Assembly (NCBI RefSeq): GCF_006345805.1 | Contig: NW_021823653.1 | Coordinates: 1-22,672 of the forward strand | Source of the DNA: Octopus sinensis | Lineage: Eukaryota | Length of the DNA stretch: 22,672 nucleotides | Reading direction: 5' to 3' | Translations under genes and position numbers: made by a program | Notes under the pieces: generated by a model | What the model was told of the DNA's origin: nothing | The model's input: only the letters and a program-made list of their open reading frames with translations | The model's database searches: none | Shown here: positions 1 to 10,953 of the stretch, piece by piece | How positions within the stretch are numbered: the stretch's first letter is position 1 | How the letters are laid out: every line of letters begins with the position of its first letter

Positions 1-105
1 CCGAGCTATAGTAGAAGACACTTGCCCAAGGTGCCGCGCAGTGGGACTGAACCCGGAACCGTGTGGTTAGTAAACAAGCTACTTTCCACACAGCCACTCC
101 TGCGC
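1..105 (-). mobile_element. tRNA-derived CORE-type SINE, family A (5' head and core; runs off window start)
   Basis: Minus strand reads GCGCAGGAGTGGCTGTGTGG (A-box-like)...GGTTCCGGGTTCAGTCCC (B-box-like)...GCACCTTGGGCAAGTGTCTTCTAC (CCTTGGGCAAGT CORE-like motif). Homologous copies lie at 6558-6657 and 16061-16217. Confidence 0.85.
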
Positions 106-224
106 TAAATAATTTTCTTATTATTTTTATTTAATAGGTCACATCTAATATCACGGTGAACATCTTTAAAAAGAGAGAATGAAATAGATTTATATACTAT
201 TAACGCTGAGTAAGCAGTTTTGAA

Positions 225-1190
225 GATTTTGTAGTAAGTACACGAAAAATAGATGTGTCAATTATAAGGATCTTTTTACATAGAATTCATTAAATTTCTA
301 TGATGGAACGGTTATTTTTATTGTGCGACCTGTCACCACTTAGAACTTCATATGTACTTTTATATTATCTCCATGAAGTATACAGAAATCTTTTCAAGTT
401 TCATTTTTACTCGTTTGATATATACCGCCTTGCTGATGCAGAGAGAGAAAATATGAATTTCTAATTTTTACCCCATTTAAAATTCATACCTTTCACATAA
501 ATGATATTCATTTTAATAATATAGAACATCTAAAGGTATCTAACAAGTAAACCTTCGTTCTACATTCATTTTCATTAAAACAGAAGGCTTTGTCTCTCTT
601 TAATACGGTAAATTATTGAAGGTTATGACGGATTTCTCAACGGACACTTGGTGAATAAATGTTTAATGATGTTCCTCTATTTTGGGGGTTTTTAACTATA
701 TTTTATTTCATATTCTGAAAATTTACTCTATATCTCCTACATTTTTTACATTCGATTGGACGACTTACATTGAGATTCATTACAATGTAACCTTCCCTCT
801 GTGCAATTCAATTTAAATTAATCTAGAATTAGTCGGTTTTGTTGTATCTACACCTGTTGATAACAGCAATTAATTGTCCGTTTGTGATGCTAAAGAATAT
901 ATAACACAAACTTCTTTAGGCTTCGTTCGACATAACAAAATTAGACATTATAGGAAATTCTAATATTATGGAATCTATTCCAAGAGTCGTACTTTAAAGT
1001 GATACTCTTTAAATGAGGTTTTCGCTAAAATTTTTTTCCTGTAGAAATTCTAGCCAGTAATAATTTGCTAACAACTTTTCTCAACCGAGAGAACAGATGT
1101 AAACAACGACAATGAAACCGAAGATGAAATATTTGAGGGGTGTATAAGACATATATACATTGGGCGACCCGGATACGAAACGTCGTAGCA
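225..1190 (+). mobile_element. Possible highly decayed Penelope-like element (RT C-terminus and GIY-YIG remnants, degenerate hammerhead-like 3' motif)
   Basis: Manual translation across stops and frameshifts gives GYFYCATCHH (310-339; cf. PLE YLxxxSCHP), CP/CDAKEYITQTSL (875-918; cf. CxxC...YIGQT), FKVILFK (~993-1013) and FFL*KF*P (~1033-1056; cf. FIxKFxPxLN). These are followed by CCGAAGA(1118)...CGAAACGTCG(1176-1185). The order is correct but each motif is weak. Confidence 0.35.
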
Positions 1191-2299
1191 AAATCAGAGC
1201 TGGCTATAATTTCTATCGAAAAATACATAGGGATAACTTTAGCAAGTGAAGTACGGCTAAAGCAATAGAACACGTAACTGACTTACAAAATATATATATA
1301 TACCTGTAGTATATTATGGTTGCATAACGAAATATTGTGCCGCTACAACTCATTAACTCATTTGATCGACAGGTAGTTGAAGAGGACTCTGAGAAATAAT
1401 TTGCATCATTCAAATGTCACCGATAGTAAGAGTGCTAATGATTTGTAAGTTGTCAGTAGTGCTGGAGGCGTTTTCCCGAGTCCACATCAGTCATTTCTGA
1501 AGTATTCTAAAGAATCAACCACGAATTTTATATTTAATCGCTGGCTTTATCAATCATGTTTTTCTGTATTGTAAAGAAAACAATAATATAAAATATATAT
1601 TTATGGTATATGCTGTGTGTTAGCGCAACGAAAATTGACCTACGTAGTGATAGAACATACATATTGCATGCAGACAAGTTATACCGTCTGGAGTGTTCCC
1701 ATCTGACATTTTGTCTGCACGTAATCTTATACAATGACATTCTGATCACTTCGAAAGCGCGGCTTTCCTTTCCTTTATCAACAAGCAGCTGGAAAATTGA
1801 CATCGTACAGACTGTCTATTAATGGAATAACGATATAGGAGCAATAGGTTTACTACTAGACAATAATTGCAGAACTAACACAGAGGTAGTTATTAAAAGC
1901 TCAACTTTCGTACTAATATGCATAGTTATATATTTTGTTTATAATTCAGATTCCACAGAGAATTTCTTAAAATCTTGGCACGATGTTCGAAACAGCAGAT
2001 TTAATTGTTATTAAGAAATTATCCCAAACTTCGTTCATATAGCCCAGCAAAACCATCAAAAGTAGCAACTGCTGCGAAAATGTTGATAATTAATCACAAA
2101 TTCATTACATAAAAGTACACAACTAATGACCAAGCATAAATTAGCAGAAAAGTACCAATGCAAGTTATCTCTACAACAAGCATCAATAATTATATTTGAT
2201 AAATTAGTACAATTTATGTCTAAATTAATAATAATTCTTTGTCATTTAATTGGCATAATTAATAACAGAACATTAGAGATTGTTAATACGGTGTAAACG

Positions 2300-2457
2300 T
2301 ATTCAAGCATGTGTATATACACATTTATGGATGTGCATCTGTGTGTATCTATGTCTATATATATATCTGTGTGTATATATACATACATACATACAAGCAT
2401 ATGTATACATATAAATATATACATATACGTGTACATACAAACATATAAGCATATATA

Positions 2458-2490
<33 letters not shown>

Positions 2491-2540
2491 AATATACAGA
2501 CACACACATATATATGCTTATATGTATGTACATGTATATG

Positions 2541-2575
<35 letters not shown>

Positions 2576-2587
2576 ATATATATATAA

Positions 2588-2638
<51 letters not shown>

Positions 2639-2689
2639 CGTATATATATATATATATATACTAATACATGTACATACATACATATAAAC

Positions 2690-2763
<74 letters not shown>

Positions 2764-2777
2764 CATATATCCACACA
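2300..2777. repeat. (TA)n-dominated compound microsatellite with TG/CA/TACA interruptions
   Basis: Directly visible dinucleotide tracts; these explain the Y/I-rich ORFs. Confidence 0.95.
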
Positions 2778-2969
2778 CTTTTAATATTGCAGTAGCAATT
2801 AAGCAATTAGTATGAAGCTGTCAATGGTGTTCCATCATGTAAATGAGTAGTGGTTAGGCAGAGTCAGGTATGTATTAATTATCAGTTTTCAACAATTCTT
2901 ACTAGCAAATTACGTGCTGGGGAGGAGTGGTGAACGTATCTTAATGATATACATATTGCGTTCGGCTTC

Positions 2970-3345
2970 ATGGACGATACTATCTAACAGTTATATTGTC
3001 TACAATGCTCTTCCATCTATTTGGTAGACTCTTGCATGGCCCCGTTTCCAAAATTCTGTGAAAAAAAATACTCCTCCTGTACTATTCTGACCTTGTTTAC
3101 AGAATTCATAATTTTTTCCGTCCTAATGATTTTGAAGAATAAATGATAATCAAATGGGGCAATGTCCGGCGAATAAGGTGGGAGGATCATTGTTTCCCAA
3201 TCAAACTGCTCCAGCCTTTCTAATGTCATCCTCGTTATATGTGACCCAGTATTATTCTGATGCAAGAACATATTTCTTCTTCAATCAAAGATAACAGTCT
3301 TTTCTTCTCGCACTGACTCAAGTCGCCCAAGCTGCTCGCAGCTTT
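2970..3345 (-). mobile_element. Decayed mariner (Tc1/mariner, DD34D) transposase C-terminal fragment
   Basis: ORF 3017-3271 gives LHQNNTGSH...LEQFDWETMILPPYSPDIAPFDYHLF, matching the mariner HDNARPH...WEVLPHPPYSPDLAPSDYHLF motif. There are 34 residues between the second catalytic position (mutated D to N) and the third D. Flanking frames give CEQLGRL (cf. YCQQLDRL) and RWKSIVDN (cf. RWEKVVDN). The 5' part is lost at the (TAG)n tract. Confidence 0.9.
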
Positions 3346-3357
3346 AAAAATTCAAAA

Positions 3358-3361
3358 TAGC

Positions 3362-3398
<37 letters not shown>

Positions 3399-3495
3399 TA
3401 GTAGTAGTAGTAGTAGTAGTAGTAGCAGCAGTAGTAGTAGTAGTAGTAGTAAAAGTATTAGTAGTATTAGTAGTAGCAGTAGTAGTAATAGTAGT

Positions 3496-3527
<32 letters not shown>

Positions 3528-3834
3528 TAAAAGTAGTAGTAGTAGTAGTAGTAATAAAAGTAAAAGTAGTAGCAGTTGTAGTAGTAGTAGTAGTAGTATT
3601 AATAGTAGCAGTAGTAGTAGTAGTAGTAGTATTAATAGTAGCAGTAGTAGTAGTAGTAGTAATAGTAGTAGTAGCAGCAGTAGTAGTAGTAGTAGTAATA
3701 GTAAAAGTAGTAGTAGTAGTAGTAAAAGTAGTAGTAGTAGTAGTAGTAGTGGTAGTAGTAGTAGTAGTAATAGTAGTAAAAGTAGTAGTAGTATAGTAGT
3801 AGTAGTAGTAGTAGTAGTGGTAGTGGTAGTAGTA
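3358..3834. repeat. Long imperfect (TAG)n trinucleotide tract
   Basis: ~475 bp of TAG with CAG/TAA/AAAG variants; source of the poly-Thr ORF. Confidence 0.97.
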
Positions 3835-3958
3835 GAAGGGAGAGGGTGGAGTGCGAAGAACTTGACGAAGGTAAAGAAATGAAAACGTGTAAATGTAATA
3901 AAGTACCATAGTATTTTTAACGATCAACTACATAAACAAAATGTTTGGAAACAAAAAA
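3835..3958. repeat. ~125-bp unit abutting (TAG)n, copy 1 (homologous to 7264-7392)
   Basis: GGGTGGAGTGCGA...GACGAAGGT.AAGAAATGAAAACG...AAAGTACCATAG...AACTACATAAACAAAAT...GGAAAC is shared with 7264-7392, both directly after a (TAG)n tract. Confidence 0.85.
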
Positions 3959-4249
3959 TGAAAAAAATTCAAAATGGACTGCGCTATTCATGTCCTACCA
4001 CACAGATAACAACAACGTGGCTGCAGACCGTAGCTTGGATGTCTGCGTTTCCCTTTTCCCTACTCATGTCTTCGGTACTTGACATTTTCATAGAGAAGCC
4101 CATTTCCTGTCATCAGTCAGAATTCGGTCCAAAAATTGTTCATTCATGAGGTATGACAATAGGGCTAATATATACACAGCCACAAATAAACAATTTTTAT
4201 CACATGACTGAGTTGTTGAGCAGTCAATCTCATTGTTCGATATTAACGC

Positions 4250-4525
4250 CATACATACATACGTATATATATGCATATACATATATATATATAATATAAA
4301 TATATATAATATATTATATATATACATATAATACATAACATACAGTATGTATAATATAGTATATATATATAGATATATACATATATATATGCATATAAAT
4401 ATACACATATATAATATACATATATGTACATATATATATATATACATACATACATACATACACACACATACATATATATATACACATATATGTACATATA
4501 TATATACATACATACACACACATAC

Positions 4526-4568
<43 letters not shown>

Positions 4569-4810
4569 CTTTATATACAGAGAGAGAGAAAGAAAAAGAG
4601 AGACGCATATAAACATATGTATGTATATGTATGTATGTGTGTGTGTGTGTGTTTGAATGCATATTTACATATATATATTTTATATATATTTACATATATA
4701 TATTTTATATATATTTACATATATATATGCATGCACAAACATATATATTTCCTCTACACACACATACATAAAAGAAGCACATGTGCATGTGTGTGGCTTG
4801 TGTGTGTGTG

Positions 4811-4842
<32 letters not shown>
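4250..4842. repeat. Compound (TA)n/(CA)n/(GA)n/(GT)n microsatellite region
   Basis: Directly visible. Confidence 0.95.
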
Positions 4843-4843
<1 letters not shown>

Positions 4844-5538
4844 TTGCGTGTGAAGAGTAAACATTTTTGCGTTACAAAGAAAGAAATTTTGCTATCATAT
4901 CCAATATAAAAGTTACCGCTAAACGTAAAGATCATCAGAAATGTCGAATTGCTAAATTCAGGATTATGTGATGGAGATAATAAAGCCTTTTAAGAGAAGG
5001 CTAATACTTCGACTTAATGGAATAATTACAAAGTGGAGAGAGATTTTATTATGGTTGAGACTAATTTAAATGGATATTATTGAACATAGCACATCAAGCA
5101 TGGCAATTATGTTACATATTTAACGTGGATTGCTGTATCAGAACCTTGTGATGTTCTGCTGTAACTTCACTCCGGTTTCACGACATCCCCACGTGCGGAA
5201 TGAAATCACATTTGTCTTGCCATCATCTCCGTGTAAAATGCTATAACATGTGACAGGATTATGCCTTGTGTTATGATGTAATCTCAGCTGTGTTTCGGTT
5301 GTTTAGTATAATGAACTTTACAAAAGTCAATTATAGTTGAGTAGTGCAAAGGATTAGTCAATGCTGTGGAATACTTCTTTTCAAATCGACTATCCATCCG
5401 ATAGGTGGGTTCTCTCATTTTTCATCCTGTCACACAACGTATATTCCAGGTGGTACAATGTTAGGGAAATGTGTTTTGGAATAATGGAAATTTGAACCTC
5501 TCGTTAACTTTTAATTTCGTATCTCTGAGCTATATCAC
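4843..5538 (+). repeat. Tandem duplication unit 1 (~730-bp period, bounded by (GT)n)
   Basis: TTTGCGTGTGAAGAGTAAAC...CTGAGCTATATCAC recurs at 5574-6268. The only difference I saw is GCTAAATTCA vs GCTAATTCA. Confidence 0.97.
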
Positions 5539-5573
5539 GTGTGTGTGTTTGTGTTTGTGTGTGTGTGTGTGTG

Positions 5574-6268
5574 TTTGCGTGTGAAGAGTAAACATTTTTG
5601 CGTTACAAAGAAAGAAATTTTGCTATCATATCCAATATAAAAGTTACCGCTAAACGTAAAGATCATCAGAAATGTCGAATTGCTAATTCAGGATTATGTG
5701 ATGGAGATAATAAAGCCTTTTAAGAGAAGGCTAATACTTCGACTTAATGGAATAATTACAAAGTGGAGAGAGATTTTATTATGGTTGAGACTAATTTAAA
5801 TGGATATTATTGAACATAGCACATCAAGCATGGCAATTATGTTACATATTTAACGTGGATTGCTGTATCAGAACCTTGTGATGTTCTGCTGTAACTTCAC
5901 TCCGGTTTCACGACATCCCCACGTGCGGAATGAAATCACATTTGTCTTGCCATCATCTCCGTGTAAAATGCTATAACATGTGACAGGATTATGCCTTGTG
6001 TTATGATGTAATCTCAGCTGTGTTTCGGTTGTTTAGTATAATGAACTTTACAAAAGTCAATTATAGTTGAGTAGTGCAAAGGATTAGTCAATGCTGTGGA
6101 ATACTTCTTTTCAAATCGACTATCCATCCGATAGGTGGGTTCTCTCATTTTTCATCCTGTCACACAACGTATATTCCAGGTGGTACAATGTTAGGGAAAT
6201 GTGTTTTGGAATAATGGAAATTTGAACCTCTCGTTAACTTTTAATTTCGTATCTCTGAGCTATATCAC
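5574..6268 (+). repeat. Tandem duplication unit 2
   Basis: Near-identical to 4843-5538 (offset 731 before the 1-bp indel, 730 after). Confidence 0.97.
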
Positions 6269-6279
6269 GTGTGTGTGTT

Positions 6280-6352
<73 letters not shown>
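6269..6352. repeat. (GT)n microsatellite
   Basis: Directly visible. Confidence 0.97.
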
Positions 6353-6353
<1 letters not shown>

Positions 6354-6430
6354 TTTTACTGTATTTCAGTCACAAACTGAATCGGTGCTGTGGCGTCGGA
6401 TGGAAGGGTTTTGTCGAGCAGATCGACCAT
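6353..6430 (-). mobile_element. Degenerate SINE 3'-tail fragment
   Basis: CTTTTACTGTATTTCAGTCA...GAAGGGTTTTGTCGAGCAGATCGACC. The GTCGA-N-ATCGACC end matches family B (GTCGATTACATCGACCCC at 6956-6973) but the tail differs; the tail identification relies on recall. Confidence 0.45.
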
Positions 6431-6557
6431 AATCGTCGTCTTTTAATTTAAGCTCATTTCTCGATCCGCTATGTTATAAGACACAAACAAATGTACTACA
6501 TTTCTCAAGCGTTGGAGAGAGACAAACTGAATAAAAAAGCAGACGCACACACTATGT

Positions 6558-6657
6558 CTTACCAACCACATGGTTCTGGGTTCAGTCCCACTGTGTGGCA
6601 CCTTGGGTAAGTGTCTTCTACAAAAGCCTCGCGCCGACCGAAGCCTTGTGAGTGGAT
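6558..6657 (+). mobile_element. SINE family A, truncated copy
   Basis: ACCAACCACATGGTTCTGGGTTCAGTCCCACTGTGTGGCACCTTGGGTAAGTGTCTTCTAC...GTGAGTGGAT, reverse complement of the 1-105 and 16061-16217 copies. Confidence 0.85.
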
Positions 6658-6890
6658 ATATGTATGTATATACACACATGGTGTCGTATGTACAGCCAAC
6701 TTCATTGCGTATGTATGCATGCATGTATGTTTGTTAAGATGGATGGATGTATATATTGTGTATGCATATGTGTGTGTATAAATGTGTGTGTAAGCATACT
6801 TGTGTTTGTATGTATTTATGTGTGAGCTGTATTTTTATTCATTTGTGTGTGTGTATGTGTTGTAAATTAGGTGAACATATATATATATAT

Positions 6891-7114
6891 ATTTCTTTAC
6901 TGCCCACAAGGGGCTAAGCATAGAGGGGACAAACAAGGACAGACAAATGGATTAAGTCGATTACATCGACCCCAGTACGAAACTGGTACTTTATTTATCG
7001 ACCCCGAAAGGATGAAAGGCAAAGTCGACCTCGGCGGAATTTGAACTCAGAACGTAACGATGGACGAAATACCGCTAAGCATTTCGCCTGGTGCGCTAAA
7101 GTTTCTGCCAGCTC
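6891..7114 (-). mobile_element. tRNA-derived SINE, family B (near full length)
   Basis: Minus strand: GAGCTGGCAGAAAC (A-box region)...GAGTTCAAATTCC (B box)...GTCGACTTTGCCTTTCATCCTTTCGGGGTCGAT...TTGTCCCCTCTATGCTTAGCCCCTTGTGGGCAGTAAAGAAAT. Matches 8781-9018 and 13254-13467. Confidence 0.9.
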
Positions 7115-7153
7115 ATATATGTATTTAGTGAAAACTACGGTTAAGAGGACGTA

Positions 7154-7165
7154 TTAGTAGTAGTA

Positions 7166-7263
<98 letters not shown>
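7154..7263. repeat. (TAG)n microsatellite
   Basis: Directly visible. Confidence 0.97.
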
Positions 7264-7264
<1 letters not shown>

Positions 7265-7392
7265 GAAGCGGGGTGGAGTGCGAGGTGAAAAGAATTGGAC
7301 GAAGGTGAAGAAATGAAAACGAGTAAGTGTAAAAAAGTACCATAGCATTTTAAAGATTAACTACATAAACAAAATCTTCGGAAACTAAAAAT
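7264..7392. repeat. ~125-bp unit abutting (TAG)n, copy 2
   Basis: Diverged homologue of 3835-3958. Confidence 0.85.
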
Positions 7393-7774
7393 TTGAAGAC
7401 AGCAAGTTTCATTTCAAAGTTTGAAAAGAAAAAAACTGAACGAGAAAAAGAAAGAGTTTAGTGCACGAAGACGTATTTATCTTCCTTGGAAAAACATTAG
7501 AGAAACGAAAATAAGAAAGAAGAATAGTCGAGTAAGATTTTTAGAATGAGAACAGATTAAAATTTAAAGAAAATATAAGTGATATAGAAATTTTCAGTAA
7601 AAACAATATTCAAAATATAGCAGATGGAAGAAAAGAAGTAAGGAAGGAAAAGCAAAATGAAATGAAATTAAATATAAAATATAAAGACTAAATATGGAAA
7701 AAAATTTACACAAAAATAAGGTAAATCATGAAATATATGTGAATGTAAAACGTTATCTACGTACATATGTGTGC

Positions 7775-7776
<2 letters not shown>

Positions 7777-7810
<34 letters not shown>

Positions 7811-7965
7811 ATGTATATATATAATTATATATATATACATACATACACACACCACAGACACATAGATATATATATTATTTTAAAAATATATATATAAATA
7901 AATATATATATATACACATACACACACACTGATATATATATATATATATATATATTATTTGTAAA

Positions 7966-8040
<75 letters not shown>

Positions 8041-8085
8041 ACACACTGATATAATTATATATATATATATATATTATATATACGC
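7777..8085. repeat. (TA)n/(CA)n compound microsatellite
   Basis: Directly visible; includes a duplicated ACACACTGATATA subunit. Confidence 0.95.
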
Positions 8086-8780
8086 ACAAGCATTCGTACA
8101 GTTATATATGCATTTGTATGTATGTATGTTTGTGTGAGTGAGTCTGTATGAATAGTATTAAATTGGTGCATCTATCTGTGGTTGTAATTATGTAAACTGG
8201 TGTGTAGGAAGTGAGAAGAAGTGTGTTAAACGACAGTACGAGAGAGATGAAAAACTTTGATATTAAAAGCAAAGATTAAATGATACGAAGTGTTTCAAAG
8301 ATAATCTAATTTTCGTAATCTTGAGATGATAAATGGAAGCGGCGAGTAGGAGAGTAGTGGAGAGTCACTTGCAATGACCGGAAACACAGAACAATGTTGA
8401 TGACAGAGTTAAACTAGGTTTTGCCATTGAAAGTGAAAAAATTACGAAAGAAGACGTTAAAGTAATCATTAATAACTAAATAATAAATTTAAGAAACAAA
8501 TACATTTTTTTTTCAATATACTTTTGAAATCGAAAACTCCATTGATATTAATTAAATAGGAGTATTTTTGTGATTGGTAAGTTCGTTGTTTCATTTAGCC
8601 ATTGGTGAATAATGACCGTCGCTTTTTACATACCTGACAGTGATGGATTGCAGTATTAGGTGGTCTGCCTTATGAACAGTAAGGTGTCGGTTCTTGACAG
8701 GCAATGTTTGCGACTGGCAGACAATTGGATATATTTTCAGTTAGGTGATCTTATAGTGACCACACTGCTAAATGAATCAA

Positions 8781-9018
8781 CGGCGAGCTGGCAGAAACAT
8801 TAGCACGCCAGGCGAAATGCGTAGCCGTATTTCGTCTGCCGTGACGTTCTGAGTTCAAATTCCGCCGAGGTCGACTTTGCCTTTCATCCTTTCGGGGTCG
8901 ATAAATTAAGTACCAGTTACAGATTGGGGTCGATGCAATCGACTTAATCCGTTTGTCTGTCCTTGTTTGTACCCTCTGTGTTTAGCCCCTTGTGGGTAGT
9001 AAAGAACTAGGTATTTCT
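8781..9018 (+). mobile_element. tRNA-derived SINE, family B (full length)
   Basis: CGGCGAGCTGGCAGAAAC...GAGTTCAAATTCCGCCGAGGTCGACTTTGCC...TAGCCCCTTGTGGGTAGTAAAGAACTAGG. Confidence 0.92.
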
Positions 9019-9094
9019 TTTTTTTTTACGGAGTATCCTCGATATTATCCGTCCTTCTTTCAAGTGATTTTAGATCCATACTTGCAACGAAATT

Positions 9095-9425
9095 CGTCGT
9101 CGTCATCATCACCATCATAATTATCATCAGCATTACCATCATCATCATCACCACCACCACCACTAACATCATCATCATCATCATCATCACCACCACCACC
9201 ACCACCATCTTCATCATCCTCACCGCCACCAACACCTTCACCATCATCATCACCATCATCACCACCACCACCACCACCACCACCATATTCATCTTCCTCA
9301 CCGCCACCAACATCTTCATCATCATCATCATCATCATCACTACCGCCACCACCACCACCACCATCTTCATCATCCTCACTGCCACCAACATCTTCACCAT
9401 CATCATCACCATCATCACCACTATT
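9095..9425. repeat. (CAT)n/(CAC)n compound minisatellite with a higher-order unit (~3 copies)
   Basis: The unit CACCACC...ATCTTCATCATCCTCACCGCCACCAACA(T/C)CTTCA(C/T)CATCATC recurs near 9190-9250, 9265-9340 and 9345-9420. Confidence 0.85.
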
Positions 9426-9654
9426 ATGACCGTAATTATGACCACTAACACCACCTATAACGAAAGCATTGTATTTCAAATTCTCGGTACATTTTTATCG
9501 GTAGAAGCAAACTTAATGTTGGAATTATCGCCATCATCTGCTTCTAGTGTTCGTATGAATATCATTAACACCCTCCCCACAAATTTTTACAACCGTCATT
9601 TTATCATTATCGTCATCATCGTCATCGTCGCTTTCATCTTAAACATAATCATCA

Positions 9655-9755
9655 TCATGTCATTGTTACTACTACTACGACAACTACTACTATTACTACT
9701 ATTATTATGGTTTTTATTATTATTATTGTTACCATTATTATTATTATTGTTATTA

Positions 9756-9790
<35 letters not shown>

Positions 9791-9872
9791 GTTGTTGTTG
9801 TTGTTGTCATTATTATTATTATTATTATTATCATTATTATTATTATTTTTATTATTATCATTAGTATTATTA
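9655..9872. repeat. (ATT)n/(ACT)n/(GTT)n microsatellite
   Basis: Directly visible; left flank of the element array. Confidence 0.95.
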
Positions 9873-10335
9873 TGTGAGAGAGCAGTGCATGCCATCAAAA
9901 TGACACTGGGGTAAAATATACGAAGCCCAGTATACCCATCATGACTACCCGTCTGATAAGGGTACACTAGGCACATGCATCACAACCATATGTGCGCGAC
10001 ATGGTGATCTCATATCAAGATAAATAGCACATGACCTTGTAGGTGGGGCCCAGTTAGAAATTTGTTCTGGTCGAGTAGCCCATCCCGTTCAAAAGGTCCC
10101 TGAATAAGGGTTGTTTAAGGATGTTGAACGAAACACCCATGTTTCCAATGGTGAATTATTCAAACCCCAAAGAATCCCTCTCAACACATGTCTATGATAC
10201 TCCCCCACTACTTCTGCTCGTGATCAGAGATGCACATATCGTCAGCCACTTAGGGACATGCTCAACTGGTTTAAGGTCAAACAACTGACAAGCAAATCTG
10301 TGGTATTGAGCAGAATATTTGCTGTAGCCCATCTT
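9873..10335 (-). mobile_element. ~530-bp (TAA)n-embedded non-coding element, copy 1 (truncated at one end)
   Basis: TGTGAGAGAGCAGTGCATGCCATCAAA...GCAGAATATTTGCTGTAGCCCATCTT then (ATT)n. It lacks the terminal ~85 bp present in copies 2-4. The strand is inferred from the TAA-sense orientation and truncation polarity. Confidence 0.85.
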
Positions 10336-10388
10336 ATTATTATTATTATCATTAGTATTATCATTATTATCATTATTATTATTATTTA

Positions 10389-10917
10389 GTGATAGAGCAA
10401 TGCAAGCTATCAAAGTGACACCCTGGGAACAAATATACACAGTATAGCCATCATGACTACCCATCTGATAAGCGAACACTACGCCCGTGCCTCATGAACC
10501 GATTTGCCCGACATGGTGACTCATACCAAATATGACCTTTCAGATGGGGTCCAGTGAGAATTTTATTCAGTGCGAATTGCCCATCCTGCCCAGAAGGTCT
10601 CTGAATGGTGGTTGTGTAAGGATGATTAAGAAAACACCTATGTATCAGAGGTGATTTATTCAAACCCCAAAAATTTCATCTCAACATATGGCTATAATTT
10701 CCCCCCATTATTCTTGCATATGATCAGAGTTGCACCTATCGTCAGCCGATAAGGGGCTGGTTAAGGTCAAGCATCTGACAAGCAAATCTACGGTATTGAG
10801 CAGAATATTTGTTGCAGCCCAACTTTTATACCAAGACAAAATAAGTATATGATTATAATTCCAATCATGTTAGATCAGAAGCCATGAGAGCCACTGCCTG
10901 ATACTGCGTCAGGACAT
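10389..10917 (-). mobile_element. ~530-bp (TAA)n-embedded element, copy 2 (older, diverged)
   Basis: Collinear homology to copy 1 with many substitutions and small deletions; ends GCCATGAGAGCCACTGCCTGATACTGCGTCAGGACAT. Confidence 0.85.
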
Positions 10918-10953
10918 TTATCATTATTATTATTGTTGTTGTTGTTGACGAAA

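Noticed and set aside
3352-3927. 191-aa poly-Thr mucin-like ORF
   Set aside because: It is the reverse-strand reading of the (TAG)n tract, with phase slips to poly-Tyr and poly-Leu.
8634-8713. Possible 80-nt minus-strand exon (CAG|TCGCAA...GTCAG|GTATGT; SQTLPVKNRHLTVHKADHLILQSITV)
   Set aside because: The polypyrimidine tract is weak, the peptide is unrecognisable and there are no partner exons.
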